Assembly: GCA_964291215.2 (NCBI GenBank)
Contig: OZ219790.1
Location: 320,001 to 384,000, forward strand
DNA: 64,000 bases
Direction: 5' to 3'
From: Alphaproteobacteria bacterium
GTDB lineage: Bacteria > Pseudomonadota > Alphaproteobacteria > MPNO01 > UBA830
Below, in pieces: positions 8,023 through 17,588 of this stretch (its first letter is position 1; every line of letters starts with the position of its first letter). The notes beneath the pieces are model-generated. The model saw nothing but the letters and a program-made list of their open reading frames with translations, had not been told where the DNA came from and made no database searches. Position numbers and translations under genes: made by a program.

Positions 8023-10338
8023 TCAGACGAACACGGCGACCGGGTTCAGATCGGTTTCCGCGGTCGGCTCTGCAAGCCAGCCCATCTTGACCGGCACGTC
8101 ATAGAGACGCCCCGGGGCGAACCGCGCCCAGAAATGCCTCATGCCCGGCACGATGGTTCGGGCGACCGGCATGCCGATATCCGGCCGGGTCTGGTCCAGG
8201 ACCAGGAATTCCATGCCGAGGTCCTCGACCAGAGATCGGCAATGCTCGACATCCTCGCGCGTATCGAAGGTCCGGGGAACGGGATAGTGTTCCACGCATC
8301 GCTCGGGCAGGACGGAGTCCGGCAACAGGTAGGGATGTTCGGTGACGCGGGCGTTCTTCCACCACCACAGGCTTTCGGGGTCGTCGAAGAGATAGCCGGT
8401 CCCGTCGGCCTTCACGTCCCGGACTGCGGTTAATTGCTGGTTCAGTTCGCACACCGCCCTCATGCCCGCGATACGGGGATCCAGGTGGGCGCCGGCGGCA
8501 AACAGGATATCCTCCTGGTCCTTATCCGTTCGACGCGATACCGCAGCGAACACCGGAATGCCGATATCGTGGGTCAGGTCGATCATCCAGAGATCGCGGT
8601 TGCAGGCGGCGTAGTAGTCGCGCGCTTCCGAAAGGTAGGCGTCGTCGAAGCTGTCGAGCGCCACCGCGGGGCGCCGGAGCCGGTTGTACCACCAGCAAGC
8701 GAAGGCATCGCGTTCCACCAGTTCCAAGAATCCCTGCAGGATGGCCTCCTCCAGGGTGTTGCCGGCCGCACAGCCGTTCGTATCCGGGCCGAAGAACGGC
8801 TCGTCATGTTCCTGGGGCATGGAGAAATACAGCATCCCGGTGGGCAGGTGGCGGTGACGCTCCTGCGTCAACGACCAGACCGGGGACCAGCTCATCTCCA
8901 CGGTCGGGTCGAAACGCGCCGGGACATAGGCGAATTTCCGTTTCAGTGCATTGAGTTCCGCGGCGTGGTCGTACTGCCAGTCGCTGTAGTGCAGGACCGT
9001 TTCCGGGCGGATGGCTTCGCCTTTGCGAAAATCCGCGAAGCTGGTCCGGCGGCGGATTTCGTCGCCGCGGTAAGCGCCGGAATACCGCTCGATAGCTTCG
9101 CACAGCGCGCTCGCCTCGGCCTGATCGGGCGTGCTCCCCTTGCCGGAATTGAGGGAGCGGATGCTGGCTCGCAACGCCAGCAGGTTGCGCGGCTGCATCG
9201 CGAGGTTAGCGCCGGCCACATTGACATGCAGCCAGGAATCCCGCTCGTCGGTGATGCGCAGCAACCGATTCACCGCCCCGGTGACCGGACTGACGAGGTG
9301 TCGGTACCGGTGCAAGGTGTCCTGCGGCGGCACGGAGCGAAAACCGCCGCTGGTGCGTACCGGTTTCGGGCTGGGGGCGAGACGCAGCGGCGAAGCCGGC
9401 CGGTCCGGGCGATACAGCGCCGGGTCGCCGCATGACCGGCACTGCGGCCGCTGCATGACCGGATGGATAGTGGTCTTCATGCCCAGTGCTTCCAACGCCA
9501 TGGTATGGCGGTGGAGCGTGGCGCTTTCGCCGAAGACGACCCATTTGGCGAGTTCCAGGGCTGCCAACCCGATCACGACGCCGGACAGGCTGTCCGGCGT
9601 ATTTGCGGGGAATGCGAACCCGGCCGGGAGGCTGCGCAGATAGCTTGCGACCTCGACATTGCTGCTGATCCGGTTCGCGAGACAGGTCCAGCACGGTGCG
9701 TCCTTCTGACCGGGGCGAAACACCGGACCGAACAGGGAAAACACACCCGCAGGCTTCACCAGAGCCCACGGAACGCTCGACTCAAGATGCCGGCGGTTGG
9801 TCCGCGCATGAGCGTCGTCCAGGTAATCGTCCGTGACGACGACCGAAAGCGTCGGCTTGTCCGGCCCAACGGTCAGTCCGAGACCTGCGAGCGCCGCGCC
9901 GAGCCGACCGTCGTCTCCCGACACCGCAATCCGGGCGGCGCTGAGACACTGCTCGGCCCATCTCGGCGTGGCCCCCTGCGAGCACCAGAACGCAGCGGAC
10001 ACCCTGTCCATGGCGAAGTCGGCCGAGACGACGCAACCCTTGGCCGCAAGCGAAACCATGGCGGTCTGAACGCGCAGTGCCGAATGTCGCCCCGACAGTT
10101 CGGCGGCGATCTCGCGACGGGTATGCCCGCTCTCCAGCAGCGGCGCGAGGTCGCGATACAAATCTCCGGCCAGAAGAACGCTGGCGGTCTCGGACGCCAA
10201 AAGAAGGGCTCCGTCCTCCGAAAGGCGGGAAGCAAGATGAGGTGCGAGCAACGGCCTTTCTATGATGCCACGGTCAAGTTCGGTGAACCGTTGCGGCGGC
10301 GCGAATGCAGGCTTCCACCTCATTTGATCGACAGACAC
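8023..10338 (-). CDS. Fused leader-binding/E1-YcaO cyclodehydratase 2 (TOMM/cyanobactin heterocyclase-like)
   Basis: 771 aa; PCWTCL and PQCRSCG Zn pairs, EAIERYS, TNGCAAGNTLEEA, ELVERDA; C-terminus LNPVAVFV. Confidence 0.95.
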   Translation of the reverse strand: MSVDQMRWKPAFAPPQRFTELDRGIIERPLLAPHLASRLSEDGALLLASETASVLLAGDLYRDLAPLLESGHTRREIAAELSGRHSALRVQTAMVSLAAKGCVVSADFAMDRVSAAFWCSQGATPRWAEQCLSAARIAVSGDDGRLGAALAGLGLTVGPDKPTLSVVVTDDYLDDAHARTNRRHLESSVPWALVKPAGVFSLFGPVFRPGQKDAPCWTCLANRISSNVEVASYLRSLPAGFAFPANTPDSLSGVVIGLAALELAKWVVFGESATLHRHTMALEALGMKTTIHPVMQRPQCRSCGDPALYRPDRPASPLRLAPSPKPVRTSGGFRSVPPQDTLHRYRHLVSPVTGAVNRLLRITDERDSWLHVNVAGANLAMQPRNLLALRASIRSLNSGKGSTPDQAEASALCEAIERYSGAYRGDEIRRRTSFADFRKGEAIRPETVLHYSDWQYDHAAELNALKRKFAYVPARFDPTVEMSWSPVWSLTQERHRHLPTGMLYFSMPQEHDEPFFGPDTNGCAAGNTLEEAILQGFLELVERDAFACWWYNRLRRPAVALDSFDDAYLSEARDYYAACNRDLWMIDLTHDIGIPVFAAVSRRTDKDQEDILFAAGAHLDPRIAGMRAVCELNQQLTAVRDVKADGTGYLFDDPESLWWWKNARVTEHPYLLPDSVLPERCVEHYPVPRTFDTREDVEHCRSLVEDLGMEFLVLDQTRPDIGMPVARTIVPGMRHFWARFAPGRLYDVPVKMGWLAEPTAETDLNPVAVFV

Positions 10339-10407
10339 TACGACAACCCATCCGATGACTAGACTGGCGCAGGAGAGTGGAAAAAGCGAATAGGCGTCCC
10401 GACTTCC

Positions 10408-10698
10408 CTATTCATCTTCCTTGCGCGTCACGACATCCCGATAGGTCGAAGGCGCCGGTAAGAGGATATGGACGCGGTTATGAGTGTTGAAGACCAGCTT
10501 TACCTGGGCCCCTTCCGGGAAATCAAAACCCTCGGACTTGAGGACGGCGGTCGGGTCGGCATCCATCTTCGCCTTGAAGTCCGGGTCGCCATAGTACTTC
10601 GCCACCACATCTGCATAGAGTTGCTGGCGTTCCTTCAAGTCGTCCGATGAAAGAAGATCGGTGACCAAGGTCTCGATCGGCTTCACTGGTTCCTCCAT
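10408..10698 (-). CDS. NHLP leader-like protein without Gly-Gly site or core
   Basis: AKYYGDPDFKAKMDADPTAVLKSEGFDFPEGAQVKLVFNTHNRVHILLPAP matches the NHLP leader pattern; purine-rich RBS (AAGGAGAG) upstream; ends in a charged tail. Confidence 0.8.
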   Translation of the reverse strand: MEEPVKPIETLVTDLLSSDDLKERQQLYADVVAKYYGDPDFKAKMDADPTAVLKSEGFDFPEGAQVKLVFNTHNRVHILLPAPSTYRDVVTRKEDE

Positions 10699-10735
10699 AT
10701 CTCTCTCCTTTGCTCCATGATCACCTGACCACAGC

Positions 10736-10769
10736 CGCGTCCCCGGTTTGCCGCCGGGGCACCGACGCG
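10736..10769 (-). promoter_or_regulatory. GC-rich stem-loop just downstream of the precursor genes (possible mRNA stabiliser or partial terminator)
   Basis: CGCGTC..GACGCG outer arms and CCCGG..CCGGG inner arms; no U-tract. Confidence 0.45.
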
Positions 10770-10775
10770 ACCTTG

Positions 10776-11195
10776 CTAGCTGGCGCTGCCCGCGGTGCCT
10801 GCGGTGCCGGCCGTGGCAAATGAACTGAGAAACGTGCTGGTCTGGAAGGTGCTCGCCGAGCTGATGCTGCTCGCGCTGCCGGCCGTGGCGCCGCCTGACA
10901 CCGAACTCAGAGTCTCGTCAGCCAGGTCCATGTTCGGGTCGGGCGGCAAGATGAAATGCACGACCTCATCTGTGTTCGCGACCACATCGACCTGCATGCC
11001 GGCGACGGGAACATCGAACCCGAAGGCCTTGTACACCTCGGTGCCGCTGGCTTCATCGATCGAGGAGCGGAATTCCTCGTCGCTCCGGTACCGGTCGGCA
11101 GTCTCGAGGAATCGCTCGTAACTCTTCGTATATGTCCCCATGGCCATCGGCGAAATATCGATGTTATCGAGTAAGTCATTGCTTGGGACGTTCAT
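10776..11195 (-). CDS. NHLP-family RiPP precursor A1
   Basis: Leader ..VHFILPPDPNMDLADETLSSVSGG, then core ATAGSASSISSASTFQTSTFLSSFATAGTAGTAGSAS (37 aa, 18 Ser/Thr, no Cys). Confidence 0.93.
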   Translation of the reverse strand: MNVPSNDLLDNIDISPMAMGTYTKSYERFLETADRYRSDEEFRSSIDEASGTEVYKAFGFDVPVAGMQVDVVANTDEVVHFILPPDPNMDLADETLSSVSGGATAGSASSISSASTFQTSTFLSSFATAGTAGTAGSAS

Positions 11196-11264
11196 GGTTC
11201 TGTCTCCTCTTTGAACCTTGTTCGAAGGGATCGTTGCTGGCGATATGAATCGTTGTACAACGCT

Positions 11265-11654
11265 TCAGCCGGCCGACCCCGCCGATCCTGCGGTGGATGC
11301 ACTGCCGAGGCTGGAAAAGGACGTGAAGCAGAGGAAGGTGCTCGCCGAACCGATAGTGCCGGCCGTGCTGGCGCAGCTGCCGCCGGAAATCTGGCTCAAC
11401 TGCTCATCCGCCAGATCGCTGTTCGGATCGGGCGGCATGACGAAGTGCACCTCCTCGTCGGAATCCATGAGAAACTGATAATCGATCCCATCCAGACGTG
11501 TCATTCCGAATTCGTCGAAGACATCGTTGCTTTCGCCACGGTCAATCCGGTCACGGAAAGTCGCGTCGCTGTGGTAACGATCGGAAATGGCGGCGATGAT
11601 GTCACGGCGCTCTTCGCTCATTTCCACTTGCTGCATGAATTGTTGGCTGTTCAT
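11265..11654 (-). CDS. NHLP-family RiPP precursor A2
   Basis: Start MNSQQ with GGAG RBS; leader ..VHFVMPPDPNSDLADEQLSQISGG, then core SCASTAGTIGSASTFLCFTSFSSLGSASTAGSAGSAG (37 aa, 16 Ser/Thr, 2 Cys). Confidence 0.93.
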   Translation of the reverse strand: MNSQQFMQQVEMSEERRDIIAAISDRYHSDATFRDRIDRGESNDVFDEFGMTRLDGIDYQFLMDSDEEVHFVMPPDPNSDLADEQLSQISGGSCASTAGTIGSASTFLCFTSFSSLGSASTAGSAGSAG

Positions 11655-11672
11655 CAGTTTGCTCCATATGAA

Positions 11673-11723
11673 GGTAGCAGGGTAGCAGAGTCGCATTTTA
11701 ATCCCCTCTTACGCTCGTGCAAA
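11673..11723 (-). promoter_or_regulatory. Candidate sigma70 promoter of the RiPP operon with a tandem 8-bp repeat
   Basis: Minus strand TTTGCA (11723-11718), 17-nt spacer, TAAAAT (11700-11695); GGTAGCAG x2 at 11673-11688. Confidence 0.55.
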
Positions 11724-11739
11724 GGGCATTCTGAAAAAT

Positions 11740-12160
11740 TTCAGACATCCTGACTTCATCCAATGTCAGGTGAGACGATTCTGGAGTGTTGCGCCATCGC
11801 CGAGGAGATCACCCTCGCGTCTGCGTGGCCGCTGCGATGCACCAAGGACCGTCTCGCCCCTGGCCTTCAGGAGCTTCGTCTTACGGTAGACGCCTTCGTG
11901 CAAGACATCGAAGGCCTGGTCAGATCGGCACAGCTCAACGCCGGCGACCGTGTAGAACCGGGCGATGCGCAGGGCCTGTCGACGGGTGTCATGGGCAGCG
12001 TGGCAGTCGCAGGGCTCGAGGTGGGTGAAGTACCATGCCTGATTGCCGATGACGCCCGTGAGGAGGATGCTGCGATGGGTGTGGCATGGGCTCCCTTGGG
12101 GTGGCAGGGAGGGTGTCATCTCAGACCAAAAGTGCAACATCAGACGTCCTGACCTCGTGA
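11740..12160 (-). mobile_element. Internally deleted relative of the 14652-16853 element
   Basis: YFTHLEPC..LRIARF resembles YFSNLEPC..LRIARF at 14.7 kb; 11740-11800 is an inverted near-copy of 16793-16853. Confidence 0.65.
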
Positions 12161-12354
12161 GTTGACTTGCATCCATCCGCCCCCTCCTTTTCCCAATACA
12201 ATCAACGATTTTCCCGATTTTTTGCTTGACAACGTAGCCGCGTAATGGTTCAATATATGTAACTGCCCAGGTCTGCTTCCGGCGATCAGCCACGGGTTAT
12301 GGACTGAAGCTTCCGGTCTGCTGCCGCGGACGCGGAGGCGAGCGGCGGGGGATT

Positions 12355-13750
12355 TCAGAGGCGCAGTCTCGGGATCAGCTGCATGGGATCGGGATGCGCC
12401 AGGGTTTCGAGGACATTCCAGCGTTGCTTTCGGGCTGTTGCGATGACGGAACGCAGGCTGGCGAAGTCGCGGGCGCCTTGCATTGATCGGAAGCCGCCCG
12501 AGATTTTCTGGCGCAGCTTGCCCATGCGGAGGTCGCGCTCGGCCTGGTTGTTCGAGAAGGGGGTTCTCGGGTCGGTGAGGAAGCGCAGGCAGCCCTCCTT
12601 GTATTTCTGGAGCCGGAGGGCGAGGTTGTGACCGATGCGGCGCTTTTGTCGTCCGTGCTTTCCGCTCTGGAGGGGCGCCATCTCTTCGTGAGAGGCGATG
12701 GCCTGCTCAAGGATGCGGTCCCAGGCTCGGGAGATGCGGGCCACCAGTGAAGCGGGCAGGTCGCGGTCATTCTTGCGGGCGAAGCGGGCGGCTCTGTTGG
12801 CACGGCTGAGGAGCCGGTGCGTGGTGGCTGCCCAGTTCTCGATCTCGATCAGGGCTTGGAGTTCGCGCAGGTGATGGGCATTGCAGGCCCCGTGGCGCAC
12901 GCCTTGGAGAGCGAAGTAGGTGGCGTAGTCGTCATGGATGACGATGCCGTTGAGCTTCTCGTCGATGTGGCTGCGCCCGGCGGCGATGCGCAGGATGGTC
13001 AGCAACGGGGTGCACAGTACGTGGAGCCATTGGGTCCGGGCGGCGATGCGGATGCCGGTCTCGTCGAGGTGTTTGACCGGGGCCGCGGTGCGGATGATCT
13101 CGCCGACACGGTCGAGGAAGCCCTCGAAGCGCCGGGCGGTGCGTCTGCCCATGGCGGCGATGGTGGCGGTTGAGAGCCTGACCGCGAAGAGGTCGCTCAT
13201 GACTTCGGCGACGCGCTTCTCCGGAATGAACTGCGCGTGCAGCAGGTAGGTCACCCACGCGGTGATACGCGGCCCGTACTGGACCGGGGCGCCGTTCGGG
13301 AAGACGGCTGTCGTCACGGTGCCGCAGGCGGCACAGAGGCAGCGGTGCTCGGTGACCTCAAGGGGCTGCGGCACATCGAAGACCTGCCGGCAGACGGGGG
13401 CTCGGTGACGCTCAGCGGCCGACAGCGGCGCGCCGCAGCCCGCACAGGCGCAGGGATCATGATCGACGACGTGGTCGGGCGTCGCGGTCCGCTCCAGAGT
13501 GGTTCCCTTGTGGCTGACCGCCGCCTGTCGGACGTGCCGCTCCGGGTGCGCTGGGGTCCGCTCTTCTTCTTCAGACCGTCGCTGGCCGGCGACCGGGAGC
13601 TGGTGGTGCTGTCGAGCGCGGCACTGCGCTCGAGTTCGGCAATCCGCTCGCGCAAGTGGGCGTTCTCCCGCTCCAGCGCGTCGTTCTCCCTGACCAGCGC
13701 CGCGCTCAGGCGCAGCAGCCCCTGGCCCGGATGGCTTTGATGACCGTCAT
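12355..13750 (-). mobile_element. IS66-family transposase, frameshifted
   Basis: DSTTSSRSPASD coiled-coil N-terminus; VTEHR, QYGPR, HLDETG, CNAHHLREL, NNQAERDLR, KISGGFRS in a different frame. Confidence 0.9.
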
Positions 13751-13828
13751 CGCCAGGCATTGTGGGGTGAAAAGGTCCTGCAGGCACGCAAAAGCCTCGT
13801 CGTGGCCGGCGAGGTCCTCGCGCCACCG

Positions 13829-14488
13829 TCACGGGACCTCGACGGCCATGATCGCGGCCAGCACCGCCAGGCGTTCGCCCGCCGGCATGGCCTCGTAGAG
13901 CCGGCCCCAGTTGGCCGCCTTGCGCTTGATGCGCTGGCGGTCGGTGAAGTTCCGGCCGGCGAAGCGCGCCCAGTGCACCCGGTCGGGCGCGAAGTTGAAC
14001 CACACCACCTCGGTCCGCACCCGGGCCTGGGTCGTCACCTGCAGCGCCAGCCGGCGCCAGCCCGACAGCAGGTCGTCATAGAGCGCAGACGGGTGGCCCG
14101 AGACCATCACCTGGCAGGGCAGACCCTTGAGCAGCTCAAGCAGCGCGACGTGGTCGGCCTCCGCATACTCGAAGCGGTAGCGCTGCGACGAACGCCGGGT
14201 CGCGTGCAGATAGGGCGGATCGCTGTAGACCAGCTCCGGGCCCAGAAACGCAAACGACGCCAGAAAGGAGTGGGCGCAGCCATGCACCAACTCCACCGGG
14301 TAGTCGCAGCCAAAGGCCTCAAGCGCCCGCTCATCGAGGTCGATCCCGATCGAGCGCACGGCAGCAGGCTTGCGCTTCATCAGCGCACCGCCCCCCAGGT
14401 GACTCTCGATATAGACAGAGTGCGGCGGCATCAGCGCAATCAGCGCCTGGCTCAGACCCGTCGTCGCCTTCGATCCGAAATACCCCAC
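13829..14488 (-). CDS. Small Dam-like (D12 class) DNA adenine methyltransferase
   Basis: GYFGSK N-terminus, YIESHLGGGA SAM-binding motif, YSDPPY catalytic motif; GTG start with GAGGAG RBS. Confidence 0.88.
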   Translation of the reverse strand: MGYFGSKATTGLSQALIALMPPHSVYIESHLGGGALMKRKPAAVRSIGIDLDERALEAFGCDYPVELVHGCAHSFLASFAFLGPELVYSDPPYLHATRRSSQRYRFEYAEADHVALLELLKGLPCQVMVSGHPSALYDDLLSGWRRLALQVTTQARVRTEVVWFNFAPDRVHWARFAGRNFTDRQRIKRKAANWGRLYEAMPAGERLAVLAAIMAVEVP

Positions 14489-14651
14489 CAGCCGCTCCTC
14501 CCATGCGAGAGGGCAACCCATAGGCGCGCGCGCCTATGCAGTCAAGGCCGAGAGCAGCGACACGGCGAACAAAATCAGCAAGCTCTCACACTTGGCAGGG
14601 TACCTGGGTAGTTACCAATATATTATGATATATATTGGGGCAACCCCGGCC

Positions 14652-16853
14652 ATGAACACGCTCGCGATGCACCCTCCTGAAGTCATCGGGACTTCGTGCT
14701 TCTCCCGTGCCGACATCGACGGACAGACCGTCTACTTCTCGAACTTGGAGCCCTGCCACGACGAGGGCGACCGACCGGCCCTGCTTCTGCGGATCGCCAG
14801 GTTTGCCCGGCACGGCGTTCCTCAAAGGGATCTGCAGGAGGCGTGAGCCGCGCGACCGTGCATCGGGCGATGAAGAGGCTCCAGGACCGGGGCGAAGCAA
14901 GCTTCTACGAGCCCCGCAGGGGCCGCGGGGTCAGCGTGATCACCGGCGCGGCCGCGGCGAACCGCCTCCTGGCCGAGGGCAGGAGCGGCGCAGCCCGGGA
15001 ACTGGGGATCGCGAAGTCGACGGTGTACTACAACCTCCGCCACGGCTTCCTCGGCGCCGGAGAGCGGCCGGACCCGGAGAACCTCGACGAGGCCCCGACA
15101 GGCCCGGACGATCTTCTCGGCCGCGGCGTGCGGGACCGGGTCGCGCCGATGGGGCGCGCGCGACCGCGCCGGGCGCGTCGCAGCCTCGACGGGGGCCGAA
15201 GCGGCGCCGCGCTTCGACGAGCCGCTCTCGGCGGGCGGCGGCGTCCTGGCGGCGCTGCCGGCGTTGCTGAAGGAAGGTCTCCTGGCGCACCGGTTCCTGT
15301 CGCTGCCGAAAGGGTACTACGGGCGGACCAGCGTACTTCTCATGCTCGCGTTCCTGTTCCTGGCCGCAACCCCGAGGCGCTGCGCCACGAGGCACCCGGA
15401 GAACGGGGCGCGGTTCTGGGGCTCGACCGCTGCCTGGAAGCCAGGACGCTGCGGCACAAGATCAAGGTGCTCGCGAGCGACCCGCAGCGGGTCCGGGACT
15501 GGCAGGATGCGCTGGCCTGAATCGCGGACGCGTCTGTGCGACGCTGTCGGTGGAAGGGCACGTGAAGGTCTATTCGGGCCGCAAGGGCCGCCTGCCGAAG
15601 CACTTCGTGCCGCAGCCTGCCGGCCTCGACGGGTTACTGGGTCCATGCGCTCGGCGGCCGGCCGCTCCTGTGCCTGCACCAGGACCCGACCCTGACACAC
15701 GCACTGGAGCACGACATCCTGCCCGCGCTGGAGCGGCCTGCCGGGACCGGACGCCTCTCCCAGGGAACGGAGGTCGCCCTGACGCTGGTGTTCGACCGCT
15801 GGAGCCCGGCGCTGTTCGCCCGTCTCGCCCGGTGCGGGATGGCGGTGATCACCTGGCACAAGGGGTTCCGGGGCGATCCCTGGCCGGAGGAGGAGTTCCG
15901 CCCGGCGCCGCTCCACGGTCCTGGTGGCCGCCAAGGTGCGGCTCGCGGAGAGACGGATCCCGCTGTCCGGCGGGCCGATCGTGCGCCAGATCCGGCGTCT
16001 TGTGGACAGCGGCCGGCAGGTGCCACTGGTCACCACGGACCTGCATACGCCCATGGAACAGGTCGCGGGCGCGCTGTTCTCGCCTCAGGAGAACTTCTTC
16101 AAGTACATGCGCGAGGAGTTCGGCCTCGACGCGCTGGCCGTACACGGCCTGGCAGGACCCCGCAGCGCGCGTCCCGGACTGGCGCCGTTGCAACCGCCGC
16201 ATCCGCCAGCTGCGCCAGAAGCACGCTGCGCAACCGCGTCGCCGACCTGCTGGGGGGTACCCCGTCCGACACCGCCGTCACGGCCGCCGAGACGCTGAAG
16301 GAGGAGATCGTGACGCCGAGCACACGGCGCTCAAGGTCCAGCGTTCCGAAATCCCGAAGCATGTCACGGTGCTCGACGAGAGGCTCGACGCCCTGCCCTC
16401 CAGCGAGAGGCTGCTGCTCGACATCGTGCGCATGATCGCCTACCGCGCCGAGACCCGGATGATGTCCGCCGTCGTCGCGGCGCAGGGCGTAAAGCAGCGT
16501 CCGCGGCGCCCTCTAGCCGAACTGTTCCAGTCGGACGCCGACCTCATCCCCGACCCGGAACACGGCGTCCTGCGGGTGCGCATCCTCGGCACCGCCTGCA
16601 ACGCGCGCGACGCCGACCTCGCCGGACTGCTCGACGAACTCAACCGGACGCGCACGATCTTCCCCGGAACCAACCTCCGCATGATCTACGAACTGCCAGA
16701 CAACGCGCACAAACTCGGCCCGGAAGCGTCACCCTGATGGGAAACATCGGAGCCGAGGCCCGGATGTCTGAGCCTCCGCCTCGTCTACGACATCGACGGC
16801 GCAACACTCCAAAATCGTCTCACCTGACATTGGACGAGGTCAGGACATCTGAA
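14652..16853 (+). mobile_element. Degraded IS with an uncharacterised DDE-like transposase pseudogene
   Basis: Fragments across frames: HTH (VSRATVHR), GHVKVYSGRKGRLPKHF, VFDRWSPALF, QENFFKYMREEF, RMIAYRAET, LNRTRTIFPGTNLRMIYE. Confidence 0.8.
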
Positions 16854-17588
16854 CATGTGATATTGGACATGCTTGTTCGCCACAGGTCAAGCGGAATCCG
16901 CACCGAAACGGCCGGAAACACGGGAAAACAGGGGGATTTCCTGACCGGTGCGATAGGCCTCCTCAGAAGGGTAGGTCAGGATGTCTGAATTTTTCTATAT
17001 CGTGGTAAATCACGGTGGCAGCGGCTCGAACGCTGCGACGGGCCGGGGCATCGCCTTGTGACTTCGTCGTTTCGCGGACACTGCCCGGCCCTTCGGTTCC
17101 ACGGTGATCCCACGCTGCTAATCCGGCGACGACTGGCAAGATTTTCTCAGTTTGCGTCGCGCTGCAATCGTGCCGCCAAGGCTCGATGGGGCCTTCTTGG
17201 CACGAAAATTGTGATCAAGGAGGCGATCTGTGATGAGCCGAGCCCCAGGACCATTCTGTTGTCGCGATCGGCGGCGAACAACCGTGTCAGAGTGGCCGTT
17301 CTTGAAGTTGGTGGCACCGTCTCAACCCAAGTTGGCACTTTTTGCGGCCCGGAATTTTTATCGCGTTGATATAACACGATTTTTTTGGCGACCTATTTCA
17401 ACATGGCACTACATTCTGTTGAATTCTGTCAGCTTGTGAGACGGCTCCTCGTGCGGCGGGTTCGACACCAGCCGCCGAGGAGATTTCGGCAACCTCGGCG
17501 GTGCGTGTCCTGTCGGTTGACGATCAATGCGCGCAGGCGCGTGGTGACCCTGGTTCAGCATGCTCTCGCGGATTGATGTCCGGCACTT

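Noticed and set aside
346-9435. Long plus-strand ORFs (346-1470, 4199-5854, 7375-8433, 8434-9435)
   Set aside because: Antisense shadows of recognisable minus-strand genes in GC-rich DNA; no motifs.
10408-11654. Nitrile hydratase alpha subunits
   Set aside because: No CxxCSC metal motif and no beta subunit; these are NHLP leaders.
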